A stretch of DNA of 63,409 bases from an uncultured Bacteroides sp. (GTDB lineage: Bacteria > Bacteroidota > Bacteroidia > Bacteroidales > Muribaculaceae): contig CAZYYV010000001.1 of NCBI GenBank assembly GCA_964651295.1, positions 1 through 63,409 of the forward strand. Reading direction: 5' to 3'. The position numbers and the translations under genes were made by a program. This document shows, one piece after another, positions 26,796 to 37,115 of this stretch (position 1 is the stretch's first letter; every line of letters begins with the position of its first letter). The notes below the pieces were generated by a model that was not told the origin of the DNA, searched no databases, and worked only from the letters and a program-made list of their open reading frames with translations.

Positions 26796-28592
26796 ATGTC
26801 ACAAACCAAGCCTGTTATATACCAGCTTATTCCGCGTCTGTTCACAAATTATTGCGAAACACTCGTTGTTGGCGGCTCTATTGAGCAGAATGGTTCCGGC
26901 AAACTGAATGATATCAACGATACTATTCTCAACTCAATTCGCGATCTCGGTGTTACTCACGTTTGGTACACCGGAGTAATTGAGCATGCGCACAATGCCG
27001 ACTATACAAAGTATGGTATTGCGCGTCATAATCCGCACGTCATTAAAGGTCAAGCAGGCAGCCCGTATGCTATTTGTGATTACTACGATATAGACCCCGA
27101 TGTGGCCGTTGATGTGCCTAATCGTATGAAAGAGTTTGAGGCTCTCGTTAAGCGCACTCATGCAGCGGGAATGAAGGTAATTATCGATTTCGTGCCAAAT
27201 CACGTAGCTCGTGAGTACCACTCCGATGTAGCCCCTGAAGGCGTAGAAGATTTTGGAGCACACGATAATAAGTCGATGTTCTTCTCACCGAGTAACAATT
27301 TCTATTATATCACCAATCAGCACTTTGCGCCACATATCGACTTGGGTCATGGCGCCGGTGCATATTCGGAGTATCCGGCAAAAGCGTCTGGCAACGATTG
27401 CTTTAATGCCTATCCCGGGCAGAACGATTGGTACGAGACCGTAAAACTAAACTATGGTGTAGATTACGGCAATGGCTCGCAGCACTTCTATCCAATCCCT
27501 GATACATGGCACAAGATGCTCAGTATTCTTAAATATTGGGCCTCAAAGGGTGTCGACGCATTCCGCTGCGATATGGCCTTTATGGTGCCTCTCGACTTTT
27601 GGCATTGGGCAGTGCCTCAGGTGAAGCAATTATATCCGACTGTTACATTTATAGCTGAGATATACGATGTAAACCTCTATCGTCCGTTTATCGACTATGG
27701 CGGTTTCGACTATCTCTACGATAAAGTTAATCTCTACGACACACTCCGCGACATCGAGACTCAAAACCACTCAGCTGCACGCCTTACCGGTTGCTGGCAG
27801 ACTGTTGATGGTATAGGCTCTCGTATGCTTAACTTCTTGGAGAATCACGACGAGCAGCGTTTCTCTTCGCCATTCTTTGCCGGAGACGCTAATAGAGTAT
27901 TGCCTTCTTTAGTCGTAAGCACAATGCTTTCGACAGGTCCGATGATGATATACTTTGGCCAAGAACTCGGCGAGCCCGGTACTGATGCCGAAGGATTCAG
28001 CGGCTACGATGGTCGTACGACAATTTTCGATTATTGGAGTGTGGCTACTGTACGTCGTTGGCTCAACGGAGGCGACTGTAAAGGTGTGCTCACAGAGTCA
28101 GAGCAGCATCTTCGCGATACATATCGCAAGGTACTGCGCATGGCGAATCTTGAACCGGCAGTTTCCGAAGGCTCGTTTTTCGACCTAATGTATGTCAACT
28201 ACGAGAACTCCGGGATTAATCCACATCGTCAGTATGCGTTCATTCGATCGCACGGCGATGATACATTGCTCGTAATAGTCAACTTTGACTGCAACGAGGC
28301 TTCAATTTCACTCAATCTCCCTCGTCATGCTTTCGATGTACTTGGCCTTACCGAGGGCATAGACCCTAAAGCTGAAGAATTGCTTTCGGGTAGCGTAGAG
28401 CAGAAGATTTTCTCATCTGCATTACCTTTTACAACTGTTGTAGATGCCCACGGAGCCGTTATATGGAAACTTTCGCGCCGTCGTATTGAAGAACAGAAGT
28501 TGAAGAAGGTTAAAAAGGCCACAACGAAGAAAACAACGACCCAAAAGGCAAAAGCAACAGCAAAGCCTCGTAAGTCGAAAACAGATAAGTAA
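26796..28592 (+). CDS. GH13 alpha-amylase family protein (cytoplasmic) with a Lys-rich tail
   Basis: DFVPNH, AFRCDMA, AEIY, FLENHD; no signal peptide. Confidence 0.93.
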   Translation: MSQTKPVIYQLIPRLFTNYCETLVVGGSIEQNGSGKLNDINDTILNSIRDLGVTHVWYTGVIEHAHNADYTKYGIARHNPHVIKGQAGSPYAICDYYDIDPDVAVDVPNRMKEFEALVKRTHAAGMKVIIDFVPNHVAREYHSDVAPEGVEDFGAHDNKSMFFSPSNNFYYITNQHFAPHIDLGHGAGAYSEYPAKASGNDCFNAYPGQNDWYETVKLNYGVDYGNGSQHFYPIPDTWHKMLSILKYWASKGVDAFRCDMAFMVPLDFWHWAVPQVKQLYPTVTFIAEIYDVNLYRPFIDYGGFDYLYDKVNLYDTLRDIETQNHSAARLTGCWQTVDGIGSRMLNFLENHDEQRFSSPFFAGDANRVLPSLVVSTMLSTGPMMIYFGQELGEPGTDAEGFSGYDGRTTIFDYWSVATVRRWLNGGDCKGVLTESEQHLRDTYRKVLRMANLEPAVSEGSFFDLMYVNYENSGINPHRQYAFIRSHGDDTLLVIVNFDCNEASISLNLPRHAFDVLGLTEGIDPKAEELLSGSVEQKIFSSALPFTTVVDAHGAVIWKLSRRRIEEQKLKKVKKATTKKTTTQKAKATAKPRKSKTDK

Positions 28593-28626
28593 ACCATCCA
28601 CATTACTCATAAAGTAAAACATCCCA

Positions 28627-29571
28627 ATGGATTCATCACTTCCCCCTTTCAAAATTTTCTCAGGCACTAAGTCGCGCTACATGGCCGAGGAAATTTGCAA
28701 AGAACTCGGTGTTGAGCTCGGCTCAATGAAAATCGAACACTTCGCTGACGGCGAATTCGAAGTATGCTTCGAAGAATCAGTGCGTGGCTGTGAGGTATAT
28801 CTCGTACAGAGCACCTTCCCCAACTGCGACAACCTTATGGAGCTTCTTCTTATGATTGACGCTGCTAAGCGTGCTTCGGCTAAATCAGTTATTGCTGTTA
28901 TCCCTTATTTCGGCTGGGCTCGTCAGGACCGCAAAGACAAACCCCGTGTTTCTATCGCTGCAAAACTCGTATCTGATATGCTTACTGCAGCAGGTGTCGA
29001 TCGCGTAATCACCATGGACCTCCATGCCGACCAAATCCAGGGATTCTTCAATGTCCCCGTAGATCACCTCTACGCTTCATCGGTATTCATCCCCTATATC
29101 CAGAGCCTCAACCTCCCCGATATGGTTATTGCTACTCCCGACGTAGGCGGTGCTAAGCGTGCTAACAACTATGCTAAGTATCTCGATGTACCTTTGGTAC
29201 TTTGCCACAAGCAGCGTGCTAAAGCAAACGTAGTAGCAAACATGACTGTTATCGGTGATGTTCAAGATAAGAACGTTATCCTCGTAGACGACATGGTTGA
29301 TACTGCAGGTACTATCACCAAGGCAGCAGACCTTATGATGGCTAACGGTGCTAAGTCGGTTCGCGCTCTTTGCTCTCATGCTATTATGAGCGACCCAGCT
29401 ACCGATCGTGTAAATGAATGCTCGCTTTGTGAAATGATTTTCACCAACTCGATTCCTTATACCAAAGATTCGAAGAAGTGTACTATCATCTCTGTTGCAC
29501 GTCTCTTTGCCGATACTATCCATCGCGTACACTCTAACGAGTCAATTTCGTCGCAGTACCTTATTAAATAA
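28627..29571 (+). CDS. prs: Ribose-phosphate pyrophosphokinase
   Basis: FADGE, PYFGWARQDRK, DLHADQIQGFF, VDDMVDTAGT. Confidence 0.98.
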   Translation: MDSSLPPFKIFSGTKSRYMAEEICKELGVELGSMKIEHFADGEFEVCFEESVRGCEVYLVQSTFPNCDNLMELLLMIDAAKRASAKSVIAVIPYFGWARQDRKDKPRVSIAAKLVSDMLTAAGVDRVITMDLHADQIQGFFNVPVDHLYASSVFIPYIQSLNLPDMVIATPDVGGAKRANNYAKYLDVPLVLCHKQRAKANVVANMTVIGDVQDKNVILVDDMVDTAGTITKAADLMMANGAKSVRALCSHAIMSDPATDRVNECSLCEMIFTNSIPYTKDSKKCTIISVARLFADTIHRVHSNESISSQYLIK

Positions 29572-29591
29572 TAAGTCGACTAATACACATT

Positions 29592-29630
29592 AAGGCAAGT
29601 CCGCACCCGATTTTTGGGCGGGCTTGCTTT
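29592..29630 (+). terminator. Hairpin after prs
   Basis: aaggcaagtccgc...gcgggcttgcttt. Confidence 0.6.
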
Positions 29631-29646
29631 GTTTAATGATAATTCT

Positions 29647-30603
29647 ATGAAGATTGTTTGTCTTGACGGTCATACGCTTTATCCTATAACAGACTCTGTA
29701 TGGGCGCAGTTTGCCGATATAGCTGATTTCGAAATCTACGACCGCACATCGCGCGATCAAATTGTGAGTCGTGCCGCAGGAGCAGATGTTGTGCTTACCA
29801 ATAAAGTGCCTTTTGATGCCGAAACTATCAACGCGCTTCCGGAACTTAAATGTATCTGTGTGCTAGCAACAGGTTATAATATCGTTGATACTGTGGCTGC
29901 ACGTCAAGCCGGTGTTACCGTCTGCAACATTCCGGCGTATAGTACTCGCTCAGTTGCTCAGCAAGTATTTGCGCTTATTTTGGCATTGAATAATAGAGTA
30001 GAGGACTATGCACACCGCGTTACCGATGGTGCATGGGCTTCATCGCCCGACTTTACGTTCCGTATTGCCGAATGGACGGAACTCGCCGGTAAAACTATCG
30101 GTATTGTCGGTTATGGTGCTATTGGTCAGGCTGTTGCTGCCATTGCAGATGCTTTCGGAATGAAAGTAGCTCTCTATACCTCAAAATCGGCTGATATACT
30201 TCCATCACACTTCGAAAAGATGGATTTAGATGAAATTTTCGCAGTTTCGGATATCGTATCGCTTCACTGTCCGCTTGCGGCAGATACCAAAGGTATGGTT
30301 GACGCTCATCGTCTTTCACTAATGAAATCGTCTGCGATACTTATCAATACGGCTAGAGGACCGTTAGTTGATGAAGAAGCTCTTGCAGAGGCATTAAACA
30401 GTGGTAAAATAGCAGCAGCCGGACTTGATGTGCTATCGTCAGAACCACCGGCAGCCGATTGTCCCCTTCTCAGTGCTCGGAATTGCTACATCACTCCTCA
30501 TATCGCATGGGCATCGACTGAAGCACGTCAGCGTCTATTTGCCATAGCACTTTCGAATGTTAAAGCATATGTGTCAGGAAATCCCATTAATGTAGTGAAT
30601 TAA
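29647..30603 (+). CDS. D-2-hydroxyacid dehydrogenase (glycerate dehydrogenase-like)
   Basis: GYGAIG, HCPL, INTARG, LDVLSSEP, TPHIAW; start ATG 29647. Confidence 0.92.
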   Translation: MKIVCLDGHTLYPITDSVWAQFADIADFEIYDRTSRDQIVSRAAGADVVLTNKVPFDAETINALPELKCICVLATGYNIVDTVAARQAGVTVCNIPAYSTRSVAQQVFALILALNNRVEDYAHRVTDGAWASSPDFTFRIAEWTELAGKTIGIVGYGAIGQAVAAIADAFGMKVALYTSKSADILPSHFEKMDLDEIFAVSDIVSLHCPLAADTKGMVDAHRLSLMKSSAILINTARGPLVDEEALAEALNSGKIAAAGLDVLSSEPPAADCPLLSARNCYITPHIAWASTEARQRLFAIALSNVKAYVSGNPINVVN

Positions 30604-31546
30604 AACTTCTAAGAATAGACGCGTTCGCACGATCGATAATAGCAGTGTCGAGTGATGCTAAGTAGATGCGCGTCGTTGACTCGGAGTCGTGCCCCAACCC
30701 TTCGCTGATAATCGCTAAAGGTATGTTTTTCATTCGGGCGATATTTGCCCAAGAATGCCGGGCTACATACATGGTGAGAGGAATCGGCAAGTTGAGGCTA
30801 GCTCCGATTTTTTTTAGATAGCGATTAGTACGGTGCGACATATTGAGGTATTGTACTCGCAGCGAGCGTTTATCTGCCAAAGAGAGGATTGGCAGTAAAA
30901 ATTGAGAATTTTCTTGAGTGTGTCGAGCTACAATCGATTGCATACATGGTTCCCATTTGATGTTGAGCATTTGTCCGGTTTTGCGACGGCGATAGGTGAG
31001 TATATTGCCTTTAAGGTTATTTTTTTGCAGAAACGCCATATCGACAAACGACATTCCTCGAGTGTACAACGAGAAAAGAAAAAGGTCGCGCGCAAGTGCT
31101 TCTTGCTCATTATCGGATATTTTGAGTTGTTTGAGACGTTGGACATCTTTGAGAGCCAAAGCTCGTTTCGAAGTCTTATCGACACCTGTATAAACGTGTC
31201 TGAATGGATTGCTATTTTCGATTAATCCGTTTTCAATAGCTCGGTTATAGGTTGCTCGAATAATGCGGATATAGAAAGAAGATGTATTTGAGCAGATTCC
31301 GTTGGCTTTTAGATGTGCTTCGTAAGCAAGCATTAAGTCGGAGGTGATTCCCATTAGGGAGATATCGGTATCTGAAAGTCGTTTCTTAGTTTTAGCTGCA
31401 AGAAATCGGCGAAAGTTAGCCAAGGTGGTCTTGTATGTTTCTGCAGTTCGTTCTTTGCCAAGGGAGTTTAATTGATATATAACTGCTTCCATAAATTGAA
31501 TAAATGAATGTTTGGTTGTAGTTCTCGTAGATGTCGGTAGAATCAT
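30587..31546 (-). CDS. Tyrosine recombinase / site-specific integrase
   Basis: RGMSFVDM, RRKT, YVARHSWA, LGHDS...TRIY catalytic set. Confidence 0.92.
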   Translation of the reverse strand: MILPTSTRTTTKHSFIQFMEAVIYQLNSLGKERTAETYKTTLANFRRFLAAKTKKRLSDTDISLMGITSDLMLAYEAHLKANGICSNTSSFYIRIIRATYNRAIENGLIENSNPFRHVYTGVDKTSKRALALKDVQRLKQLKISDNEQEALARDLFLFSLYTRGMSFVDMAFLQKNNLKGNILTYRRRKTGQMLNIKWEPCMQSIVARHTQENSQFLLPILSLADKRSLRVQYLNMSHRTNRYLKKIGASLNLPIPLTMYVARHSWANIARMKNIPLAIISEGLGHDSESTTRIYLASLDTAIIDRANASILRSFNSLH

Positions 31547-31569
31547 ATTTTAAGTCTTGTAGGAAATTC

Positions 31570-31611
31570 TAACGCCCCTTAGTGCTTCTCAAAAGCAGCT
31601 AAGAGGCGTTA
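31570..31611 (-). terminator. Hairpin between the dehydrogenase and integrase genes
   Basis: taacgcc..ttag...ctaag.ggcgtta imperfect stem. Confidence 0.5.
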
Positions 31612-31632
31612 TATGTTTGAGATTGTTGGTGT

Positions 31633-32664
31633 TCAACCGGGATAGATAGCGGTCTTGATAACTTTGTCGCGGCGGTGCTCGAAAAGGTCGTAAGCTTCTT
31701 CAATTTGGCTTAACGGATAGCGGTGGGTGATTAAAGGAGTTGTGTCAAGTCGTCCTTCGCTAATTAGCCTGAGTATTTCTTTGCAATCGCATCCATCGAC
31801 GCCACCTGTTTTGAATGTCAAATTTTTGCCATACATATCGGGCAAAGGAATTACTTGACTCTTGTCATACAAAGCAACAATGGTAACGATGGCATTGGCA
31901 CGAGCGCAGCGCCATGCAAGTTCGAAAGTAGAGTCGCTTCCAGCTACTTCGAGAACTCGATCGGCACCACGGCCATCGGTAAGGTTATCTAAAGTTGTAC
32001 GGCAATTGTCGGGAGTGGTTAGGTGTACTGATGGATAATGACGATTGACAAAATCTCTACGTTCGTTGTCGATTTCACATACTACGATATTTTGAGGGTT
32101 GTGTAGCATTACACATTGGAGTGTACACAAACCGGTAGGTCCGGCTCCTATTATCAAAACGGTGTCATCGGAAGTAATTTCTGAAATTTTAGCGGCCCAA
32201 AATCCGGTGGCAAGAATATCACCAACGAAAAGTGCTTGTTCGTCTGTAACATTTGCAGGGATAGGCGTCAAACCATTGTCGGCAAAAGGAACTCGTACAT
32301 AATCGGTCTGACCTCCATCAATGCGGCAGCCGAGCATCCATCCGCCATCAGAGCAGTTGTTTACATATCCTCGTTTGCAAAAGAAACATTCTCCACAGAA
32401 TGTCTCAACATTCACCGCTACGCGGTCGCCAGGCTTTACATGTTTAACATCGGAGCCAACCGATTCTACTATACCAACCATCTCGTGGCCGACTGTTATG
32501 CCTTGTTGTGCCATTGGTACCGATCCGTGCTTAATATGAAGGTCGGAGGTACAAATGCTCGAAAGGGTAACCTTAACGATAGCATCTTTAGAATCAATGA
32601 CTTTCGGTTTTGCTTTGTCGACTAGTTTAAATTCGCCGTGATTGATATACGTGAGTGCTTGCAT
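31633..32664 (-). CDS. Zinc-dependent alcohol dehydrogenase (MDR family)
   Basis: ICTSDLH, GHE, CGECFFCKRGYVNNC, GAGPTG; likely ATG 32664. Confidence 0.93.
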   Translation of the reverse strand: MQALTYINHGEFKLVDKAKPKVIDSKDAIVKVTLSSICTSDLHIKHGSVPMAQQGITVGHEMVGIVESVGSDVKHVKPGDRVAVNVETFCGECFFCKRGYVNNCSDGGWMLGCRIDGGQTDYVRVPFADNGLTPIPANVTDEQALFVGDILATGFWAAKISEITSDDTVLIIGAGPTGLCTLQCVMLHNPQNIVVCEIDNERRDFVNRHYPSVHLTTPDNCRTTLDNLTDGRGADRVLEVAGSDSTFELAWRCARANAIVTIVALYDKSQVIPLPDMYGKNLTFKTGGVDGCDCKEILRLISEGRLDTTPLITHRYPLSQIEEAYDLFEHRRDKVIKTAIYPG

Positions 32665-32792
32665 ATATAAAGTGTTCAAAATCGACTATCGCCACCGCAG
32701 CGATACTAATGCAAAAATAATAAATATTTCCAAATAGAGCAAGAGCCTAACAAAAAGCGAGGCTGTATCAAAATGTACAACCTCGCCGAAAA

Positions 32793-34337
32793 TTATTTAA
32801 CAGTCAAAGTAACTATTGAAAGAGGCGGGAGAGTAGTGGTAATCGTACCTTTTTTGATTTTAGCATTGGAAAAAGGCGCGATGTTTACATCGTTGGGATG
32901 GTCGAAGTTGTTATGACTGTCGACGCTCGTTGCTGTAAGTATTTCACCAGAGACCTTCGATACTTTGAGGTTGCCGAGGGGGATTGAGATGTCGGCGACT
33001 TCTGTGAGGTCGGTGTTGGTGAGAGTAATAGTTGTAATACCGTCTTTCGTGGATGCGGTGGCGCTAACAACAGGTACTGAGCGGTTATCGCCTACTGAGC
33101 GGTGTCGTGTATTGATGTCGAGTGGAATGTATGTGGCATTTTGGTGCGCGGTGTAGAGGTGAAATACATGGTAGGTGGGCGTGAGCACCATCTTGTCGTC
33201 GCGTGTGAGTACCATTGATTGAAGTACATTGGCAAGTTGGGCTATGTTAGCCATCTTTACGCGGTCGATATGATTGTGGAATACGTTGAGGCTCAGCGCG
33301 GCTACCATGGCATCGCGCATCGTGTTTTGTTGATAGAGGTGGCCGGCGATAGTGCCAGGTTCTTCATCCCACCATGTACCCCATTCGTCGACGAGGAGAG
33401 CTACGCGTCTGTCGGGGTCGTACGAGGTCATGATAGAATCGTGGCGTGCTATTACTTTGTCTATTTCGAGACATTTGCCAAGTGTCCAGTAGTAATCGTC
33501 GTTGGTAAAATTAGTTGCAGAGCCTTTACTGCCCGACCAAGTTTTTACTGTGTAATAGTGAAGCGAAAGACCTTTCATATGTCCGCGAGCACGTTTCATA
33601 AGTACGTCGGTCCAATTATAGTCGTAATCGCTTGCTCCCGATGCTATTTTATATAGATGATTGCCATTGAAATCGCGGCAGTAGGTCTGATAACGGCGAT
33701 ATTCGTTAGCGTATGCTTCTGGGGTGAAATTACCTCCGCAACCCCAGCTTTCGTTGCCAACGCCGAGATACTTCAATTTCCATGGCTTTTCGCGTCCGTT
33801 TTTGCGACGTTGTTCGGCCATCGGACCGTCTTCTGCAGTGATATATTCGACCCATTTAGCCAGTTCTGCGACGGTGCCGCTACCAACATTTCCGCTCAAA
33901 TACGGTTCGCAGCCAATGAGTTCGCAGAGATTAAAGAATTCGTGTGTACCGAAGCTATTATCTTCCACAGTGCCGCCCCAGTTGCTATTAACCATCCGAG
34001 GACGAGATTCGCGTGGCCCGATACCGTCTTCCCAGTGGTATTCGTCGGCAAAGCAGCCTCCGGGCCAACGGATTACGGGTACTTTGAGGTCGCGAAGTGC
34101 GTTGAGTACGTCATTTCGATAACCGTTGGTATTGGGAATAGGAGAATCTTCGCCCACCCAAATACCTCCGTAGATACAAGTGCCAAGATGTTCTGCAAAT
34201 TGGCCATATATATCTGCCGGAATTACTTGTGAAGAGTCGATGTCAGTCCATCTGGGGGTAACTGTAGCTTTCTCTGCTACGGCTGTCGCCGATATGCCCA
34301 AAAGGGCTCCGGCAACGAGAATGTTTGAGAATTTCAT
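32793..34337 (-). CDS. GH51 alpha-L-arabinofuranosidase (secreted)
   Basis: Signal peptide; [31 protein letters not shown]. Confidence 0.95.
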   Translation of the reverse strand: MKFSNILVAGALLGISATAVAEKATVTPRWTDIDSSQVIPADIYGQFAEHLGTCIYGGIWVGEDSPIPNTNGYRNDVLNALRDLKVPVIRWPGGCFADEYHWEDGIGPRESRPRMVNSNWGGTVEDNSFGTHEFFNLCELIGCEPYLSGNVGSGTVAELAKWVEYITAEDGPMAEQRRKNGREKPWKLKYLGVGNESWGCGGNFTPEAYANEYRRYQTYCRDFNGNHLYKIASGASDYDYNWTDVLMKRARGHMKGLSLHYYTVKTWSGSKGSATNFTNDDYYWTLGKCLEIDKVIARHDSIMTSYDPDRRVALLVDEWGTWWDEEPGTIAGHLYQQNTMRDAMVAALSLNVFHNHIDRVKMANIAQLANVLQSMVLTRDDKMVLTPTYHVFHLYTAHQNATYIPLDINTRHRSVGDNRSVPVVSATASTKDGITTITLTNTDLTEVADISIPLGNLKVSKVSGEILTATSVDSHNNFDHPNDVNIAPFSNAKIKKGTITTTLPPLSIVTLTVK

Positions 34338-34355
34338 GTTGGATTTATGGTTATG

Positions 34356-35495
34356 TTATTTAATGGAAAATACGAGTCTTAGCACTGCATCGATAGTGCG
34401 ACTGAGATTAATCGCTGCTGTTTCGGGCTTTTGAGCTTCTTCTGTTGATAGAGGACAGGGCGATATCGGAAGTACGGCACGGAATCCGGCTTCGATGAGA
34501 GTTTCATAGTCATCAATTTGTCCGCCGAGTCCTATGACGGGAATCCGGTGTTTTGCTGCTGCATGAAGTACTGCCATTGGAGTTTTGCCACAAATAGTGG
34601 TAGAGTCCATTCGTCCTTCACCTGTGATAATGAGGTCGGCATCGGCTATTGTGGCATCGAAGTTCGTCATTTCAAGTACGGCTTTGGATCCAGGCTCCAT
34701 TGTTGCGCCTAAAAAAGTTGCCATAGCCCAACCGATTCCTCCTCCGGCTCCAGCTCCGGCAATTGTCGGAGAGGTTATAAAGCCTGCATCTGCAGCAATG
34801 CGGCAAAACGATTTGGCACCCTTGTCGAGGAGTGTTACCATCTCAGTATCGGCTCCTTTCTGTGGTCCGTATCGGTGAGCGGCTCCGTCGACTCCGTAGA
34901 GTGGATTATTTACATCATGAAGAATGGTGAAACGAGTGTCGCTGAGGGCAGGATGCCTCATCGAATCGTCGATATGTGCAACTCTACCTACAATTTTGCC
35001 ACCGGAACTAAGAAGTACTTTATTGGTATCAAAGAAGCGATAACCCAAAGCTTGGAGGATCCCTGTGCCATAGTCGACCGAAGCCGTACCGCCAACTGCC
35101 AATACGATATGTCGGCAGCCACGGTTGAGAGCGTCGGCTATCTGCATTCCTGTGCCAAACGATGATGTGTGTAGTGGATTACGCTCTGATGGTGGTACGA
35201 GGGGGAGTCCGGTCGAATCTGCGCAATCGATTACTGCACAAGATGCGTCTGAAGCCATCGCGTATCGACCTTTATGGCAATTGCCGAGTGGATCGACTGA
35301 TACTGTTGGTATCCACTGATATTTTAGTGCACTAACGAATACGGCAGCAGTCCCTTCTCCTCCGTCGGCAACTTCAACCTCTTTTAAAGTACTTCCTGGC
35401 ATCAATTTATGAGCCACTGAAGAGGCTATCGAGTTAGCTTCTGCCGATGTGAGCGAGCCTTTAAACGAATCGAATGCAAATACGATTTTTGCCAT
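34356..35495 (-). CDS. Glycerate kinase
   Basis: DSFKGSL, ADGGEGT, GPQKGA, GAGAGGG, TGEG. Confidence 0.95.
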   Translation of the reverse strand: MAKIVFAFDSFKGSLTSAEANSIASSVAHKLMPGSTLKEVEVADGGEGTAAVFVSALKYQWIPTVSVDPLGNCHKGRYAMASDASCAVIDCADSTGLPLVPPSERNPLHTSSFGTGMQIADALNRGCRHIVLAVGGTASVDYGTGILQALGYRFFDTNKVLLSSGGKIVGRVAHIDDSMRHPALSDTRFTILHDVNNPLYGVDGAAHRYGPQKGADTEMVTLLDKGAKSFCRIAADAGFITSPTIAGAGAGGGIGWAMATFLGATMEPGSKAVLEMTNFDATIADADLIITGEGRMDSTTICGKTPMAVLHAAAKHRIPVIGLGGQIDDYETLIEAGFRAVLPISPCPLSTEEAQKPETAAINLSRTIDAVLRLVFSIK

Positions 35496-35559
35496 AGCTT
35501 AGGGTATGAAAAAAGTGCGGTGTTGCCCGCACTTTTTATAAGTATTAAGCTAACGGATA

Positions 35560-36891
35560 TTAGTCGTTAACGGGGATGTCTTTGTTTACGTTCTTGCAAC
35601 CGATTACACCATAGTAGAAGAGGTAAGCGAGCATTGCAATAACTAGCCAGTAAGAAGTCATATAGCCAGCGCTCTGTGCGATAGCATTTTGGATAAGGGG
35701 CATAACGCCACCACCTACTACCATCATCATGAAGATACCCGAAGCCTGAGCGGTGTATTTGCCAAGGCCTTCAACAGCAAGGTTGAAGATGCCGCCCCAC
35801 ATTACTGATGTGCAAAGACCACAGAGTACGAGGAAGAGTGCCTTAGCAGGAACAAGTGCCATTGAGAAGCCGTTAGCTGCGCTGTAAGAAGGCATCGATA
35901 CGCGGATGTCGCCGGGAAGGAAGATTGCAATAACGATGAAGAGGATTGCTGTTGCTGATACAACGATGAGCTGTGCGCGGCTCGATACTTTACCTGAAAT
36001 AAGGCTTGATACGAGACGACCAACAAGCATGAGGAGCCAGTAGATAGCTACGATACCACCTGCAACTGCTGCTGCATTTTCCATAATGCCCGACGCTGTG
36101 CTATCGCTGAGGTAGAAGTTGAGCACACCGGGGATACCGATTTCGATACCTACATAGAAGAAGATACCAATAACACCGAGTACGGTGTGACGGAAGTTCC
36201 AAGGGCTGTGCTGATATTTAACTTTCTGAGCGTTTTTCTGAAGGTTGGGTTCGGGGATGCTAACAGCTGTGATGATAACGAATGCAACTGCGAATACGCC
36301 CATAGCGATGAAGAGGAGGGGAGCAACGTCGCCCATTGAGGTCTTGTCGCTTACCTGACCGATAAGCATACCTACGAAGAGGGGAGTAAGTGTACCAGAG
36401 AGTGAGTTGAATGTACCGCCGGTCTGCACGAGCTGGTTGCCGGTGTTACCGCCACCACCGAGGAGGTTGAGCATGGGGTTAACAACGGTGTTGAGCATAC
36501 ATACGCAGAAACCGCAGATGAATGCACCGAGAAGGTAGATGATGAAGTTGAGAGTTACAACCTGACCGTCATAAGTAAATACGCCGGTTTCAGCACCAAC
36601 GATGCCTGAAAGCCACTGGAAAACAAGACCGATGATACCAACGATCATTGCGTAGAGTGCGGTTTTCTTGTAGCCGATACGTACGAGAAGGTTGCCGGCA
36701 GGAATACCCATAAAGAGGTATGCCAAGAAGTTCATCATGTTGCCGAGCATGCCCGACCATGAGTAATTATTTTGCCAAATGTTGCCGAGAGGGGCAGCCA
36801 AGTTGGTAACGAACGAAATCATTGCGAAGAGGAAGAACATAGCCACAATAGCTACGATATTGCCTCTTTGCGCCTTTGCAGATGTTGCCAT
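35560..36891 (-). CDS. MFS sugar transporter (FucP/GluP/NagP family)
   Basis: 12 TM; LNTVVNP, FFYVGIEIG, CTSVMWG, MMVVGGG. Confidence 0.88.
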   Translation of the reverse strand: MATSAKAQRGNIVAIVAMFFLFAMISFVTNLAAPLGNIWQNNYSWSGMLGNMMNFLAYLFMGIPAGNLLVRIGYKKTALYAMIVGIIGLVFQWLSGIVGAETGVFTYDGQVVTLNFIIYLLGAFICGFCVCMLNTVVNPMLNLLGGGGNTGNQLVQTGGTFNSLSGTLTPLFVGMLIGQVSDKTSMGDVAPLLFIAMGVFAVAFVIITAVSIPEPNLQKNAQKVKYQHSPWNFRHTVLGVIGIFFYVGIEIGIPGVLNFYLSDSTASGIMENAAAVAGGIVAIYWLLMLVGRLVSSLISGKVSSRAQLIVVSATAILFIVIAIFLPGDIRVSMPSYSAANGFSMALVPAKALFLVLCGLCTSVMWGGIFNLAVEGLGKYTAQASGIFMMMVVGGGVMPLIQNAIAQSAGYMTSYWLVIAMLAYLFYYGVIGCKNVNKDIPVND

Positions 36892-37115
36892 TTGTGTTTT
36901 AAAATAGTTTTAGGTTATTTTGATATTGTTGATTTCAAGGTCGTATAGTGACTCACAGGTGCACTTTGTCTTGCAAAGTTACTAAATATTTTAAAAATTC
37001 AAACTGAAGGCCTATAAAAAAAGCCGAAAGTGCAAGAGTTTTATACAAAGTTCACATAATTGCCAAGCTGTTTATTGAAATTTGATGAATCGACTACGGT
37101 TGGTAAAAGTGTGAG

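Noticed and set aside
30500-31640. Invertible promoter next to the tyrosine recombinase
   Set aside because: No inverted-repeat pair flanking a promoter was found by eye; the only dyad looks like a terminator
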